DNA of 64,000 nt. Source: a virus. Its lineage: Duplodnaviria; Heunggongvirae; Uroviricota; Caudoviricetes. The number at the start of each line of letters is the position of its first letter. Positions within the stretch are counted from its first letter, which is position 1. Below the pieces are notes generated by a model. The model had not been told where the DNA came from. It did no database searches and saw only the letters and a list, made by a program, of their open reading frames with translations. This document shows positions 27,998 to 37,622 of the stretch, one piece after another. The position numbers were made by a program, and so were the translations under genes. The stretch covers positions 1-64,000 of IMG/VR virus record IMGVR_UViG_3300036715_001196. One strand, 5' to 3'.

Positions 27998-29055
27998 TTA
28001 TTAAACTTAGTTTCTAACCAAGTAAAATCATTAATACACCCGATGTTTTCTGGGTGTGAGATACATTCTCTTCCAAAATCTGTACCGGCTAATGCACCCA
28101 TTATAACAAATTCCCCGAAATCTCTTTCAGCACCTTTATTACACCAATCATATAATCTTATTTCAGTTTCTGAATTAACTTGATTATCTATAACCTTTGA
28201 TGCTAATTTGGCACATTCTCTAAAACCGCTTCTCCATGCTGAAAACGGATCTGTATTAAATCTTGTGATATTGCTCACCGTCGGTATCACTTTAAAACTT
28301 TTTGATACAGATGTAGAGAAGTCAACGGGCGAACCATTATATTCTTGCAATAGTTTAGTAGGAAATAATTTTATGCCACCATATCCATATTCTAAGTCAT
28401 TAACTGGATTTTTAGAATGCCATACATGCACTGATTCTCTATCTAAAGAAATAGGTTGATAATCAAACTCAAACGTAGGTAATATATCTGCGTCTGCATC
28501 AACTACATAAAACATATCAGTTGTTACTATATTTGCAGCTTTCTTATGAGCATTAAAAATACCCCTTTCTCCGTGTACTCTTAAAACCTTTCCGAATCGT
28601 TTTTGTAAATTAGAAAAATTCTCATCTGCATATTCCTCGTCGTAGCTAAGAAACACTATGTCGAATTTAGGATATTGATATATTTTATCTGCAATGTTTT
28701 TTAATTCTACATTACCGTTTGATAGCATTTTATCAGTATAGTTTGCAGGATTAACTGAAACAGATGCTGTGTTATACATCCTTACTGATAAGTCGTTATT
28801 CCATATATGTACATAATCCCTGTTCCATTGCTCAGATACATAACGAAAATCAAAATTTGGAAATAACAACTCTTTATCTGTTTTAATTATATAGAATACA
28901 TCACTTAAACATTTCTTAGATATAGTAAGTAGAATATCTTCAGTTAATTCTTTACCAACCGAATAAAATATTTCATCTACCTTAATGTTATCGCACATCT
29001 TATCTACGACAAACTTATTACTTTCGTCGTATAACATATAAACTTTTTGTCTCAT
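27991..29055 (-). CDS. hypothetical protein, possible GT-A-like glycosyltransferase (DxD-like VVDADADIL)
   Basis: 354-aa minus-strand ORF convergent with neighbours. Acidic DAD motif and alternating beta/alpha composition. Assignment tentative. Confidence 0.4.
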   Translation of the reverse strand: MRQKVYMLYDESNKFVVDKMCDNIKVDEIFYSVGKELTEDILLTISKKCLSDVFYIIKTDKELLFPNFDFRYVSEQWNRDYVHIWNNDLSVRMYNTASVSVNPANYTDKMLSNGNVELKNIADKIYQYPKFDIVFLSYDEEYADENFSNLQKRFGKVLRVHGERGIFNAHKKAANIVTTDMFYVVDADADILPTFEFDYQPISLDRESVHVWHSKNPVNDLEYGYGGIKLFPTKLLQEYNGSPVDFSTSVSKSFKVIPTVSNITRFNTDPFSAWRSGFRECAKLASKVIDNQVNSETEIRLYDWCNKGAERDFGEFVIMGALAGTDFGRECISHPENIGCINDFTWLETKFNNE

Positions 29056-29150
29056 CTTTAACTCATTAAATATATACTTATTTACTTATATACAACCGTT
29101 GACCTACTGTAATTATAACTATATAATACATATAAATACAGGAGAGTTCA

Positions 29151-29675
29151 ATGAAAAACGTGTTTGCATGCCTAATTTTATTTTTTGTCAGTCTTTCAGC
29201 AATGTCTCAAACAACAGAATGGAAGATTAAAGAAGTAAAAGATAGAGACAATTCGACAGTAGGTTATATATATCACACATCAGCTGTTGGTACATTAATT
29301 GGTACTAGAATTGAAAAATATGCAACTGGATTACGACTTGTTTGCTCTACTAAGAATTCTCCAAACTTTGTTGCTGATCCACTTATTGCTATTTATTGGA
29401 ATACAATGAACGGCATATATATGCGTGATGTTGAAGTCTCAGTGGATAATAAAATCCCTGATACGAAATTATCAGGGCAGTGGGAGGCAGATGGTGCCCT
29501 ATTGCTAAGGACTATTCCCGACTCTAAGAATTTAATGCAAGCTTTGAAAACATCACATACTATCAGACTTAGTTGGGTGGGTGAGGATTCATTTAAAAGA
29601 ATTACAGTTTTTGATTTGAAAAGTTTTAATCTTCGGGCGGCTGAATTTAGTTCTCTTTGCAAAACGGAGTTATAA
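29151..29675 (+). CDS. secreted protein (signal peptide)
   Basis: N-terminal MKNVFACLILFFVSLSAMSQ signal peptide. RBS CAGGAGAGTTCAATG. Confidence 0.5.
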   Translation: MKNVFACLILFFVSLSAMSQTTEWKIKEVKDRDNSTVGYIYHTSAVGTLIGTRIEKYATGLRLVCSTKNSPNFVADPLIAIYWNTMNGIYMRDVEVSVDNKIPDTKLSGQWEADGALLLRTIPDSKNLMQALKTSHTIRLSWVGEDSFKRITVFDLKSFNLRAAEFSSLCKTEL

Positions 29676-29683
29676 TAACTACT

Positions 29684-30028
29684 ATGCAAACAATGAAACC
29701 AAATAATGCAATGATCCTACTTGTAACTATTGCAATCAGCCTAGCTGCATTCATGTTTTGGGCAGCAAATACAGAAACATTAACGTCTTACCTTAATACA
29801 AGTAATTTATCTATAAGTAATAGTTCTATCGAAAGTGCAGAATTATTATTTAAAGGCGATGAAATATTCTTAACTGTATATTTAAAAGAAAAAACGGAAT
29901 GTAACGATATAATTAACATGCTAGGTGTTAGAAATTTAGTAATAATGGGCAAGTTATATAATTCTAGTTGCATAGAAACTAAAAGTGAGTTTGTTAGAAT
30001 TGTTTACAGAACACCGGCTAAAATATGA
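29684..30028 (+). CDS. membrane-anchored hypothetical protein
   Basis: N-terminal hydrophobic helix AMILLVTIAISLAAFMFWAA. Confidence 0.4.
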   Translation: MQTMKPNNAMILLVTIAISLAAFMFWAANTETLTSYLNTSNLSISNSSIESAELLFKGDEIFLTVYLKEKTECNDIINMLGVRNLVIMGKLYNSSCIETKSEFVRIVYRTPAKI

Positions 30029-30285
30029 GAGAAAAAGTCTTTGTACAATTTATATTTGAACCGGTATATTCCCAGTCAGCACCGATGTGGTTAGCTGAAT
30101 TAGGCTCAGATTTTAAGGTCATACACTCGAGTAATCATTACAAAAATTATGAGACACATTTCATCATAGAAGGTATTATTGATTCGGTTGCTGCTACCGC
30201 TCTCAAGTTAAGCAACCCTTTCCTAGGTGAAAGAATGAGAATGTCTACTATATCTAACGAGTTAAAGAACAAGTATAGAAAGTAA
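30025..30285 (+). CDS. hypothetical protein
   Basis: 86-aa ORF, ATGA-coupled. Confidence 0.35.
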   Translation: MREKVFVQFIFEPVYSQSAPMWLAELGSDFKVIHSSNHYKNYETHFIIEGIIDSVAATALKLSNPFLGERMRMSTISNELKNKYRK

Positions 30286-30304
30286 TTATCTTCTCGATAA
30301 ATAG

Positions 30305-30691
30305 TTGATGACAACTATTCTTAAAATACAAGCTTTACCTACTAGCCCGTTTGAAGGTAGTGGTTTGGCACCTATTGTGATAACAAACAACATTCCTAGT
30401 TATTTTAAGATAACAGGTGTAGACCTTGATCAAATTAAATCGTTTAACTGGTATCCAGAGCAGGCAGCGAGCGTATCCTTTGAAACTAGGCAATTAATTC
30501 TTTTGAGTAAAACTGAAGGTACATTTATGGTTAAGGTACTAAATAATTATTTAGACACTGACGACAGAGGTGGCCGATTAAGTTTTCAATTAGAAAATGG
30601 AACAACTCTTTGTGTGCCCGTTATTACATATGGGCCAGTGTCAGTAGGTCCGTTGCAGCAATCACCTAATTCAGGGCTTATAACAGGATAA
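30305..30691 (+). CDS. hypothetical protein
   Basis: 128-aa ORF. Confidence 0.4.
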   Translation: MMTTILKIQALPTSPFEGSGLAPIVITNNIPSYFKITGVDLDQIKSFNWYPEQAASVSFETRQLILLSKTEGTFMVKVLNNYLDTDDRGGRLSFQLENGTTLCVPVITYGPVSVGPLQQSPNSGLITG

Positions 30692-30731
30692 ACCTGTTGA
30701 CGTTACTGCACATATGTAGTAAAATGTGTGC

Positions 30732-31508
30732 ATGAAGACTCTAATTATAGCGATGTGTTTATTAGGTTCTGTTAGTTCTCCTACAGAAGCTAAAATACGA
30801 CACCATCACAAAACACACCAAGTACCTGCTTTTAGCGCAAAGAGTTTTGTTGTTGCAGACGAAACAGGCGTTGTTATAAAAGAAAAGGGTGGCGATACTA
30901 TAAGGCCCATTGCCTCTATCTCTAAATTAATGATCGGTTTGATAGCGGCAGACCAAAATCTCAATGAAATACTGAACATACCTCAGATAAGGTTAGTACA
31001 AAGTAAAATACCAAAAGAAACAAAAACAATGACACGCCGTGAATTATTAACATTAGCACTTGTTAAGTCTGATAATTTCGCAGCACAAATCCTGTGCTTA
31101 AATTTAGATAACTGTGTTATGCAAATGAATACAAAGGCTACAGAATTAGGTATGTCTAATACCAAGTATGTAGAACCCACTGGCTTAGATGTTAGAAATG
31201 TTAGTACAGCGAAAGATTTAGTAAAATTAGTGGTGGTTGCTGCATCAAACCCGACAATTACCGAAATATCAAGTATGCCTGATGCCGAAATATACACATC
31301 AAACAAAACAATCAAAATAAGAAATACTAACCCACTTACAGCAAAATTAGATATATTGCTATCTAAAACAGGATTTACTGATCCGGCCGGTGGATGTCTA
31401 GTTATGGTACTTAAATTAAAAATCGGGCATAAGATATTTGTATTATTAGGCAGTAAGAATGCACATACGAGAATACCTGATATGCTTAAATTAATAAAGG
31501 AAGTATGA
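30732..31508 (+). CDS. D-alanyl-D-alanine carboxypeptidase/endopeptidase, peptidase S11 (PBP fold) with signal peptide
   Basis: SxxK (ASISK), SxN (SDN) and KTG (KTGFT) active-site motifs in canonical order and spacing. N-terminal signal peptide. Confidence 0.75.
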   Translation: MKTLIIAMCLLGSVSSPTEAKIRHHHKTHQVPAFSAKSFVVADETGVVIKEKGGDTIRPIASISKLMIGLIAADQNLNEILNIPQIRLVQSKIPKETKTMTRRELLTLALVKSDNFAAQILCLNLDNCVMQMNTKATELGMSNTKYVEPTGLDVRNVSTAKDLVKLVVVAASNPTITEISSMPDAEIYTSNKTIKIRNTNPLTAKLDILLSKTGFTDPAGGCLVMVLKLKIGHKIFVLLGSKNAHTRIPDMLKLIKEV

Positions 31509-31797
31509 GAGCACAAAAACATCGTAAGAAACGCAAAATAATTCGATGTATGTATATATGTTTTGAATACAATGATTATATGGAATGTCGTGCCTTATTT
31601 CGTAAACAATTTAAAGTTGTTAGGGAACATGCTCAAACATACTCTTCTGGACTTAGATTTGTGTTCGTATGTATTAAGTATAGAACAGATGAAGACATGT
31701 GTGCATTAACTTTGGCATACAGCGACCAAAAGATGAGTACATTTGTTATTTTAACTTCTTATAACTTACAACATAAACATAGAATATCAATATACAA

Positions 31798-32016
31798 ATG
31801 AAAAAATACTTTGTAAGAATAGCAGACAATAAAGTAATAGAATTTGAAAATTATGCTAATTCTAAAAATTTAAACTATCTTGCGATGTCATACGACTATT
31901 GCGACGGTGTCGCTACTGTAGCATATAGTATAACGATGGATATATATTCTGCATTAGAATTAAAACTTTCTATGCCGTTAATAGGTTGTATGACATTTAA
32001 AAAAATCAGCGTATAA
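31798..32016 (+). CDS. hypothetical protein
   Basis: 72-aa ORF. Confidence 0.3.
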   Translation: MKKYFVRIADNKVIEFENYANSKNLNYLAMSYDYCDGVATVAYSITMDIYSALELKLSMPLIGCMTFKKISV

Positions 32017-32048
32017 TACAGTATTATAAACACTAACAGGAGCGTAAC

Positions 32049-32375
32049 ATGCCACGATATACATTCACATTCCCATATACAGAAGAAAGAACTTTTCGCG
32101 ATGTAATGAGCCGCTTGGACCCGAGTGAATTTAAGATTATTGAAGATATTAAAATTCTTGATCTAGAACACCCTCGGCTTAGCGATCGCCAAGCAATATT
32201 AGAAATGGACCCTGAAGCAGCACTCACCTTTCGTTTAGGTACAAAGAATGTAAAAATTCGGCGAGATCGTTCTGAAGAAGAACTTGCCGAAGAAAAGCGC
32301 ATTAATGATCAACATACAATTAAGGTAACTATTAAGGTTGATGGATTAGAATTGCCGCCTGTTGGTACACCGTGA
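32049..32375 (+). CDS. hypothetical protein
   Basis: RBS CAGGAGCGTAACATG. 108 aa. Confidence 0.45.
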   Translation: MPRYTFTFPYTEERTFRDVMSRLDPSEFKIIEDIKILDLEHPRLSDRQAILEMDPEAALTFRLGTKNVKIRRDRSEEELAEEKRINDQHTIKVTIKVDGLELPPVGTP

Positions 32376-32617
32376 TGTTGAAAAAGTCGTACCGTATTTT
32401 CATCGCACCAGATGATATAGAAAATATAGAGAATTCATTAAAAATTATGGGCATCAGTGAATTCTCTATAGCTAGACACTTTATCACAAATACAACTTAT
32501 CGACTTAGATACGATATTTCTTTATCTAAATATGAATTGTTATTCTTACGCCTATCTTGCAGTAGTGGGGAATTTAAACAGATAAGTAATGAGAACCCTT
32601 GTACTACTAAGGTATAA
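32372..32617 (+). CDS. hypothetical protein
   Basis: ATGA-coupled 81-aa ORF. Confidence 0.35.
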   Translation: MMLKKSYRIFIAPDDIENIENSLKIMGISEFSIARHFITNTTYRLRYDISLSKYELLFLRLSCSSGEFKQISNENPCTTKV

Positions 32618-32647
32618 GTAAGGAGGGTTTCAACTAGGAGTTATTCT

Positions 32648-33100
32648 ATGTTTTACAAAACCCTTCTACTAATCGGCATTATTTTCATTGCTACTGTTGC
32701 TCTAGGTGCAGATTCAAAATCCTCGTCTATTGTCTGGAAAGAAATCTTCAAATCTAAAAATGATATTTTCAGAGTTTACACAGATGAAAATTCATTCGAT
32801 AATGCTATGGTTGAAAATAATAAGATTTCAACAGGTACTGTATTAGCTGTTCCCACTGATTACATATTATTAGACATCAATGGTAAGAAAACTATAGTTA
32901 AGAGTGTTGCAAGGTTTATGGCTGTTGATTGTGATAACGGCATATCTTTCCCAATGATGGATTTGTATTTCTCTGTTGAAAAGCCTACCACAAGTGATAA
33001 ACCGATAAAGACTATAGAATATAAAGATTATGAAAAGGTTGCTGAACAATTAAAGAAATCATCATATCTTTATACTACTTTTTGTCCTGTATATATCTAA
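32648..33100 (+). CDS. secreted protein, paralog pair member 1
   Basis: Signal peptide MFYKTLLLIGIIFIATVALGA. RBS AGGAGTTATTCTATG. Related to ORF 33203 (MFYK N-terminus, VLAVPTDYILLDINGKKT vs ILIVPTNPITGTNMSG, Cys near the C-terminus). Confidence 0.45.
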   Translation: MFYKTLLLIGIIFIATVALGADSKSSSIVWKEIFKSKNDIFRVYTDENSFDNAMVENNKISTGTVLAVPTDYILLDINGKKTIVKSVARFMAVDCDNGISFPMMDLYFSVEKPTTSDKPIKTIEYKDYEKVAEQLKKSSYLYTTFCPVYI

Positions 33101-33202
33101 ATTTTTACTGATTTTAAAATAGCTCGATAAGTAAAATTATAAGGCTGTAGTACATAGCAATAAGTGCATGTATAACCTAGCCTAATTTTTAGGTATATTA
33201 CT

Positions 33203-33634
33203 ATGTTTTATAAAATCATACTCTCGTTATTTCTCCTATGCACTAGCATTATTTCATTTGCTAATGAAAAATCTAATATGGATTGGCAATTAATCCCGAA
33301 TGTTGTTACAAACGAATACAATGGATTCTTTAGTAGTAATCATACGAGGATTCAGAAGTCCAGTGATATCACGCTTATAAATACCATAATACTAATTGTC
33401 CCGACAAACCCTATCACTGGTACTAACATGTCGGGCACACCTTTTGAAGTAAAGGGCATTGTTAAATTTACTGCAATTGTGTGTAGTAGTCGTTCTATAG
33501 CAACATCTAAAACATTTTACTTTAATATTGCTCAACCTAGTTCAACTGATAAACCTATTTTTGATTCAGACTCGCCTGAAGTAACGGAACTTGATGAGAC
33601 TGACCCTGTTTACCTTATGTTCTGTACTAAATAA
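33203..33634 (+). CDS. secreted protein, paralog pair member 2
   Basis: Signal peptide MFYKIILSLFLLCTSIISFA. Collinear similarity to 32648-33100. Confidence 0.45.
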   Translation: MFYKIILSLFLLCTSIISFANEKSNMDWQLIPNVVTNEYNGFFSSNHTRIQKSSDITLINTIILIVPTNPITGTNMSGTPFEVKGIVKFTAIVCSSRSIATSKTFYFNIAQPSSTDKPIFDSDSPEVTELDETDPVYLMFCTK

Positions 33635-33643
33635 TTATCCTTA

Positions 33644-33672
33644 ATTGACAAAGAGACTGCATTTATGTATAA
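33644..33672 (+). promoter_or_regulatory. sigma70-type promoter (TTGACA-N17-TATAAT)
   Basis: TTGACAAAGAGACTGCATTTATGTATAAT upstream of ORF 33705. Confidence 0.55.
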
Positions 33673-33704
33673 TTACAATATAAATGCAGGTTTAAGCGGA
33701 ATAT

Positions 33705-33932
33705 ATGAGAACTTACAACGAAGCATTAGATGAATTTTTAGACATTAACAAGCCTAATAGGTATAATGATTCTGGTTGCTTGTTTTCTATCTCTTGTACA
33801 TTATTCTCGTCAATTTATAAAAAAGATATAAATGTAGTTGCAGATGAAATGCATGCTATCCTAGCCGCTGAGGAGAAGGCAGATAAGGCTAAGCAGAAAG
33901 AAACAGGGTCTCTAACGAAGAACGATAATTAG
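33705..33932 (+). CDS. hypothetical protein
   Basis: 75-aa ORF. Confidence 0.35.
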   Translation: MRTYNEALDEFLDINKPNRYNDSGCLFSISCTLFSSIYKKDINVVADEMHAILAAEEKADKAKQKETGSLTKNDN

Positions 33933-33956
33933 CAAATATTGCTGCACGGAAATTAA

Positions 33957-34325
33957 ATGAAAAAAATACTACCAACATATAGTGAATTGCAAGAATTTGT
34001 TGACAAACTTGCATTGGATGAAAATTCGACAATATTGATTGTTGAATTACCAGATAATACCGGGTATAGTGTTGAATGGACACAACATAAATTATATACT
34101 AACGAAGAATGCCGACAAGTCCCCGACGAGTTATATATTGGTAACGATAAGATACAATTTGTACAAGACTTATCAGCCGACGAATGTAAAACTATATTAC
34201 GCGAATTGCTAAGAGAAGAACGGTTACGACATACAGCAGGCAGTAAAGAATATAATAACTTCAATGATTTTGATGATTTTGACGGCGAAATAGACAATCT
34301 TTCACCTAAAAGGACATTGCATTAA
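33957..34325 (+). CDS. hypothetical protein
   Basis: 122-aa ORF. Confidence 0.45.
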   Translation: MKKILPTYSELQEFVDKLALDENSTILIVELPDNTGYSVEWTQHKLYTNEECRQVPDELYIGNDKIQFVQDLSADECKTILRELLREERLRHTAGSKEYNNFNDFDDFDGEIDNLSPKRTLH

Positions 34326-34327
34326 TT

Positions 34328-34579
34328 ATGGTCACATTACCGGCAGAATTTGTTGCTATTAAGTATCCTGGTTATTTTTGGAATACAAAAGAATTAACAT
34401 TGTATTCTATAAAGATGTTAGGTGTATTACGCCCAGTGAAAAGGCAAAATGCCACTTTCTTTAATAAATTTAGAGTAGGATATCAAGTGTCACATCATGG
34501 ACGAACGCGATTTATAGATTTTGGCGAATTAATGCATTTACCGTTAAAAAACTCTATAATTCCTGTAAAACAAAACTGA
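34328..34579 (+). CDS. hypothetical protein
   Basis: 83-aa ORF. Confidence 0.4.
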   Translation: MVTLPAEFVAIKYPGYFWNTKELTLYSIKMLGVLRPVKRQNATFFNKFRVGYQVSHHGRTRFIDFGELMHLPLKNSIIPVKQN

Positions 34580-35028
34580 AAGTCTATATAGCATTATTAA
34601 AAATAGATGTAAAGAAGGTTATTGCTGTTATATTAACTAGTAATTATAAATATAATGGCCAACTTGTATCATGCACTAAAACATATTGATCAGTTGCCAC
34701 CGCGGCAAGGTGGCAGCTAAAGACCATTGCAGCTGGTAGATCCCATAAGAAATATACAGGGCCGTTACACTTCGTGAAAATACAGAAAAAATTATACAGA
34801 AGATCTTTACCAATATTTAAGAAACTTTTCGAAGATAAATAAAATATATAGAAAATTGACAAACATAATACATTTATGTACAATAACAAGTAACAACACT
34901 AAGGAATACAATGAAAGAGCTTTTAACAATACTCTATTACGAATTTTATTGCAATTTTGTATTTTCTTTGTTATCTCCTCAATACATACAGGTATATTAT
35001 CCTGTATTACTTAGTTAACTAACATCTC

Positions 35029-35104
35029 CGGCGTTCGTATAGTGGATAATACAGCGTTCTTCTAAAGCGTGAACAGGGATTCGATTTCTCTACGCCGGAC
35101 CACA
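35029..35104 (+). pseudogene. tRNA-like remnant (intact acceptor and D arms, candidate UCU anticodon, broken T arm)
   Basis: CCGGCGT...ACGCCGG-A-CCA: a perfect 7-bp acceptor stem with 3' ACCA. D arm GTAT-AGTGGATA-ATAC. Anticodon loop CTTCTAA. No canonical T stem can be formed. Followed directly by a terminator. Confidence 0.25.
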
Positions 35105-35106
35105 TA

Positions 35107-35140
35107 TAAAAAGCTACTTCTACGAAGTAGCTTTTTTATT
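35107..35140 (+). terminator. rho-independent terminator
   Basis: AAAAAGCTACTTC-TAC-GAAGTAGCTTTTTT. Confidence 0.7.
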
Positions 35141-35617
35141 TCCTATAGGCAATATGTCTATTTGCCTATATTATGCACATACGGTAGAGAAGATATTAGA
35201 AATAAATTTATTACATACGGGGCTATATAATGAGTTATTACCGCACTTTACCATACGGAAATATAGGTATGTTTCATCGTATAGATTTTGCATTAGTTCA
35301 ACGTGGCGTTAATGCAAAAGTGTCGATTTATGGTCGCGGTGGGAGAATTTATTATGTTCCCGATAACGAAATTCATAAACTACCAAAATCAGATGATTAT
35401 CGACCATAGCTGCCTGATGAAAATGGAGAGAATGTAACTGGATATATTTTAAACATAACACGGGATATTGAAACTATACGAGATTCAATGCAAAGTAATG
35501 AGTGGGTAGAAATAAAAGACTTGCCGCTTACTGCTTATTATCTAAAAGCAGATAGTTGACAATTTATTATAATTACCATATAATGCTTATATTAAGATTA
35601 CGCAGAAAGGAAATAAA

Positions 35618-35884
35618 ATGTTACGCACACCTGATACAGTTAAATTTGATGCATCCAACAAAACACACCGCGCTGCTGTTCGCTCATTTTTAAAACGTCG
35701 AGCATGGGGAGATTCTCCTATCCGTTTTTCACATGATCCAGAATACGGCAGTGTTGCTGATCAAGTACAGGCTAAAATGCTGCAATGGTATATGGCACAA
35801 GATGAAGCAAAAGATTCAAAAGCAGCGGCGAAACTGGTTAAGGTTGTTAATAAAACAACAATTCGACAATTAAAAACTGCTTAG
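35618..35884 (+). CDS. hypothetical protein
   Basis: RBS AAAGGAAATAAAATG. Upstream TTGACA...CCATATAAT promoter-like sequence. Confidence 0.45.
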   Translation: MLRTPDTVKFDASNKTHRAAVRSFLKRRAWGDSPIRFSHDPEYGSVADQVQAKMLQWYMAQDEAKDSKAAAKLVKVVNKTTIRQLKTA

Positions 35885-35892
35885 TAAGGTAA

Positions 35893-35921
35893 TTGTAAAT
35901 TTGCTGTAAATGTAGTATAAT
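35893..35921 (+). promoter_or_regulatory. sigma70-type promoter driving the tRNA (TTGTAA-N17-TATAAT)
   Basis: TTGTAAATTTGCTGTAAATGTAGTATAAT, about 25 nt upstream of the tRNA 5' end. Confidence 0.55.
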
Positions 35922-35946
35922 GTTTTATGTTGTAAGAATGTATAGC

Positions 35947-36034
35947 GGGTCAGACGCACTATTGGAGGGATGCCCTGAACTCATAATTCAGTCGCGAAAG
36001 CGCCATGTCGGTTCGAACCCGACCTGACCTACCA
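35947..36034 (+). tRNA. tRNA, anticodon CAU (Met/Ile2-type) with an unusually long variable arm, encoded CCA
   Basis: Acceptor GGGTCAG/CTGACCT (G1-U72). D arm GCA-CTATTGGAGGGA-TGC. Anticodon arm CTGAA-CTCATAA-TTCAG (U33, CAU, A37). Extra arm CGCG-AAA-GCGC. T arm GTCGG-TTCGAAC-CCGAC. Discriminator A + CCA. 88 nt. Confidence 0.6.
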
Positions 36035-36106
36035 CTATACACTCTTTAATTTTTCGTACTCATCTACTATTTTACTAGGTCTTCATATTGTTAAAGAAAA
36101 CAATTT

Positions 36107-36328
36107 ATGATCAATAATATTAAACCAAAATTGCCATTCTGTGTACATATAGTAGAATACGAACGCAGTTGGGGTAATAAAGTTGACGAAATATTAGATT
36201 TTAGTACATATGCTGAAGCGGAAACCTATGTCAAAGAATATAACGATAAACATAATCCGCCATTACTACTAAATGCTGTACCTGATTGGTGCATGGTTGC
36301 ACAAGACCCGTATACTAGAAAAACATAA
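36107..36328 (+). CDS. hypothetical protein
   Basis: 73-aa ORF. Confidence 0.4.
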   Translation: MINNIKPKLPFCVHIVEYERSWGNKVDEILDFSTYAEAETYVKEYNDKHNPPLLLNAVPDWCMVAQDPYTRKT

Positions 36329-36330
36329 TT

Positions 36331-36561
36331 ATGTCTACTAACATATCAAGAGAAGAATGGAACAAACTTTTCAAAATCTTTAAAGTCAAAATGTTAGTAA
36401 GAATAAAAGGTTCGGGTGTTGGGGCAGGTAAAATAGCATATGGTTCAACAAGACCAAACGGAAGGATATATCTGTCTGCCACTGCAAATGAAGACTTAAC
36501 AGCTATGGGTAAAGTGTTTTCCACTGATGCAATCGAAGGAATAGACTTTATAATTTTATAA
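36331..36561 (+). CDS. hypothetical protein
   Basis: 76-aa ORF starting 3 nt after the upstream stop. Confidence 0.4.
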   Translation: MSTNISREEWNKLFKIFKVKMLVRIKGSGVGAGKIAYGSTRPNGRIYLSATANEDLTAMGKVFSTDAIEGIDFIIL

Positions 36562-36731
36562 TAGTTTAAAATTGTTTCGGAGATCTGCAAAAAAGATTCC
36601 ATTCTTACTATTTAAGTATATACCTAGAAAGGTAAGCAGAATTATGATATATGTCCGGAACAAAGGTGATGCAATTGTCAAGAGCATTACAGGCAATGGA
36701 TGTATATTGGGTTAGATAAAGAACTACTACT

Positions 36732-36971
36732 TTGCGATTGCCGATAATTATGAGCCTATTTGATGTAATCAGATATCCGATAAGTATGCCACCTACCGAG
36801 GCAGAAATACTTGCATTACCTAATAGCCTTTTTAAAAGATGGACAGAATCTTCCAAAGAATGGTCTGATAGCCCGACACAATCATTCGTAGCATATTGGT
36901 ACAGCGCAGTACGAAACGAGACGCAAATCCAAGACATTAAACTATTAAGACAAATGATTAAAGATTATTAA
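36732..36971 (+). CDS. SLFD-family small protein (isolated copy)
   Basis: MSLFDVIRYPISMPPTEAEILALP...LLRQMIKDY: same family as the tandem array at 55561-58612. Confidence 0.5.
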   Translation: MRLPIIMSLFDVIRYPISMPPTEAEILALPNSLFKRWTESSKEWSDSPTQSFVAYWYSAVRNETQIQDIKLLRQMIKDY

Positions 36972-37029
36972 TTTCCACGTCTTTAAATTTCCTATTGACT
37001 AATATTCCTGTTAGTAATATAATTAAGTC

Positions 37030-37575
37030 ATGAGATACTTAATTATATTACTTGCTCTAATTCCTACGTTAATGCACACAGAGACTGTGCCATTACAGCA
37101 ACCAATCAAAAAACAAATCCTAGTCAATACAAAAGAAGAAAAGTGTTTAGCAGTAATGATATACGGTGAAGCCAGGGGAGAACCTATTAAAGGTAAAATC
37201 GCAGTTGCATATACTGCCTTAAACAGGGCAGTAAAAAAGACTGTATGTAAAGTAGTATTAGCAAGGAGGCAGTATAGCATATTCGATAATAATCCGTCTC
37301 TTAGAGCTGCTGCATTAAGTTCTGACCTAGAACCACATAAAAAAGATAACCTAGTAGATATTAAAAGTTGGGAAGAATCTATAAAGGTTGCTCAATTAGT
37401 TATGCGCAAAGTGGTTGAAGACCCTACAATGGGCTCAACGAATTATCTGGCTCCGAAACTTATGAAAACAAGGGGTTATCGATACCCTAAGTGGTCAAAG
37501 GTTTATAAATTAATGGTCACTATTGAACATCATAAATTTTATAAACTCGTTGACAAGAAGGTAGCAAAGTTATAA
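37030..37575 (+). CDS. SleB-like cell-wall hydrolase (Hydrolase_2 family) with signal peptide
   Basis: CLAVMIYGEARGEPIKGKIAVAYTALNR matches the SleB/CwlJ core motif (A..IYGEARGE...A.V..NR). N-terminal signal peptide. Confidence 0.7.
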   Translation: MRYLIILLALIPTLMHTETVPLQQPIKKQILVNTKEEKCLAVMIYGEARGEPIKGKIAVAYTALNRAVKKTVCKVVLARRQYSIFDNNPSLRAAALSSDLEPHKKDNLVDIKSWEESIKVAQLVMRKVVEDPTMGSTNYLAPKLMKTRGYRYPKWSKVYKLMVTIEHHKFYKLVDKKVAKL

Positions 37576-37622
37576 AATTACAGTGTGACAAATTTTAAAC
37601 ACAACCAAAGAAAGGCAATACA

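Noticed and set aside
35221-35520. ORF interrupted by an in-frame TAG, possibly indicating stop-codon reassignment.
   Set aside because: All other long ORFs in the window are intact under the standard code. The nearby tRNA has anticodon CAU, not CUA. More likely a pseudogene, so kept only as a note in a finding.
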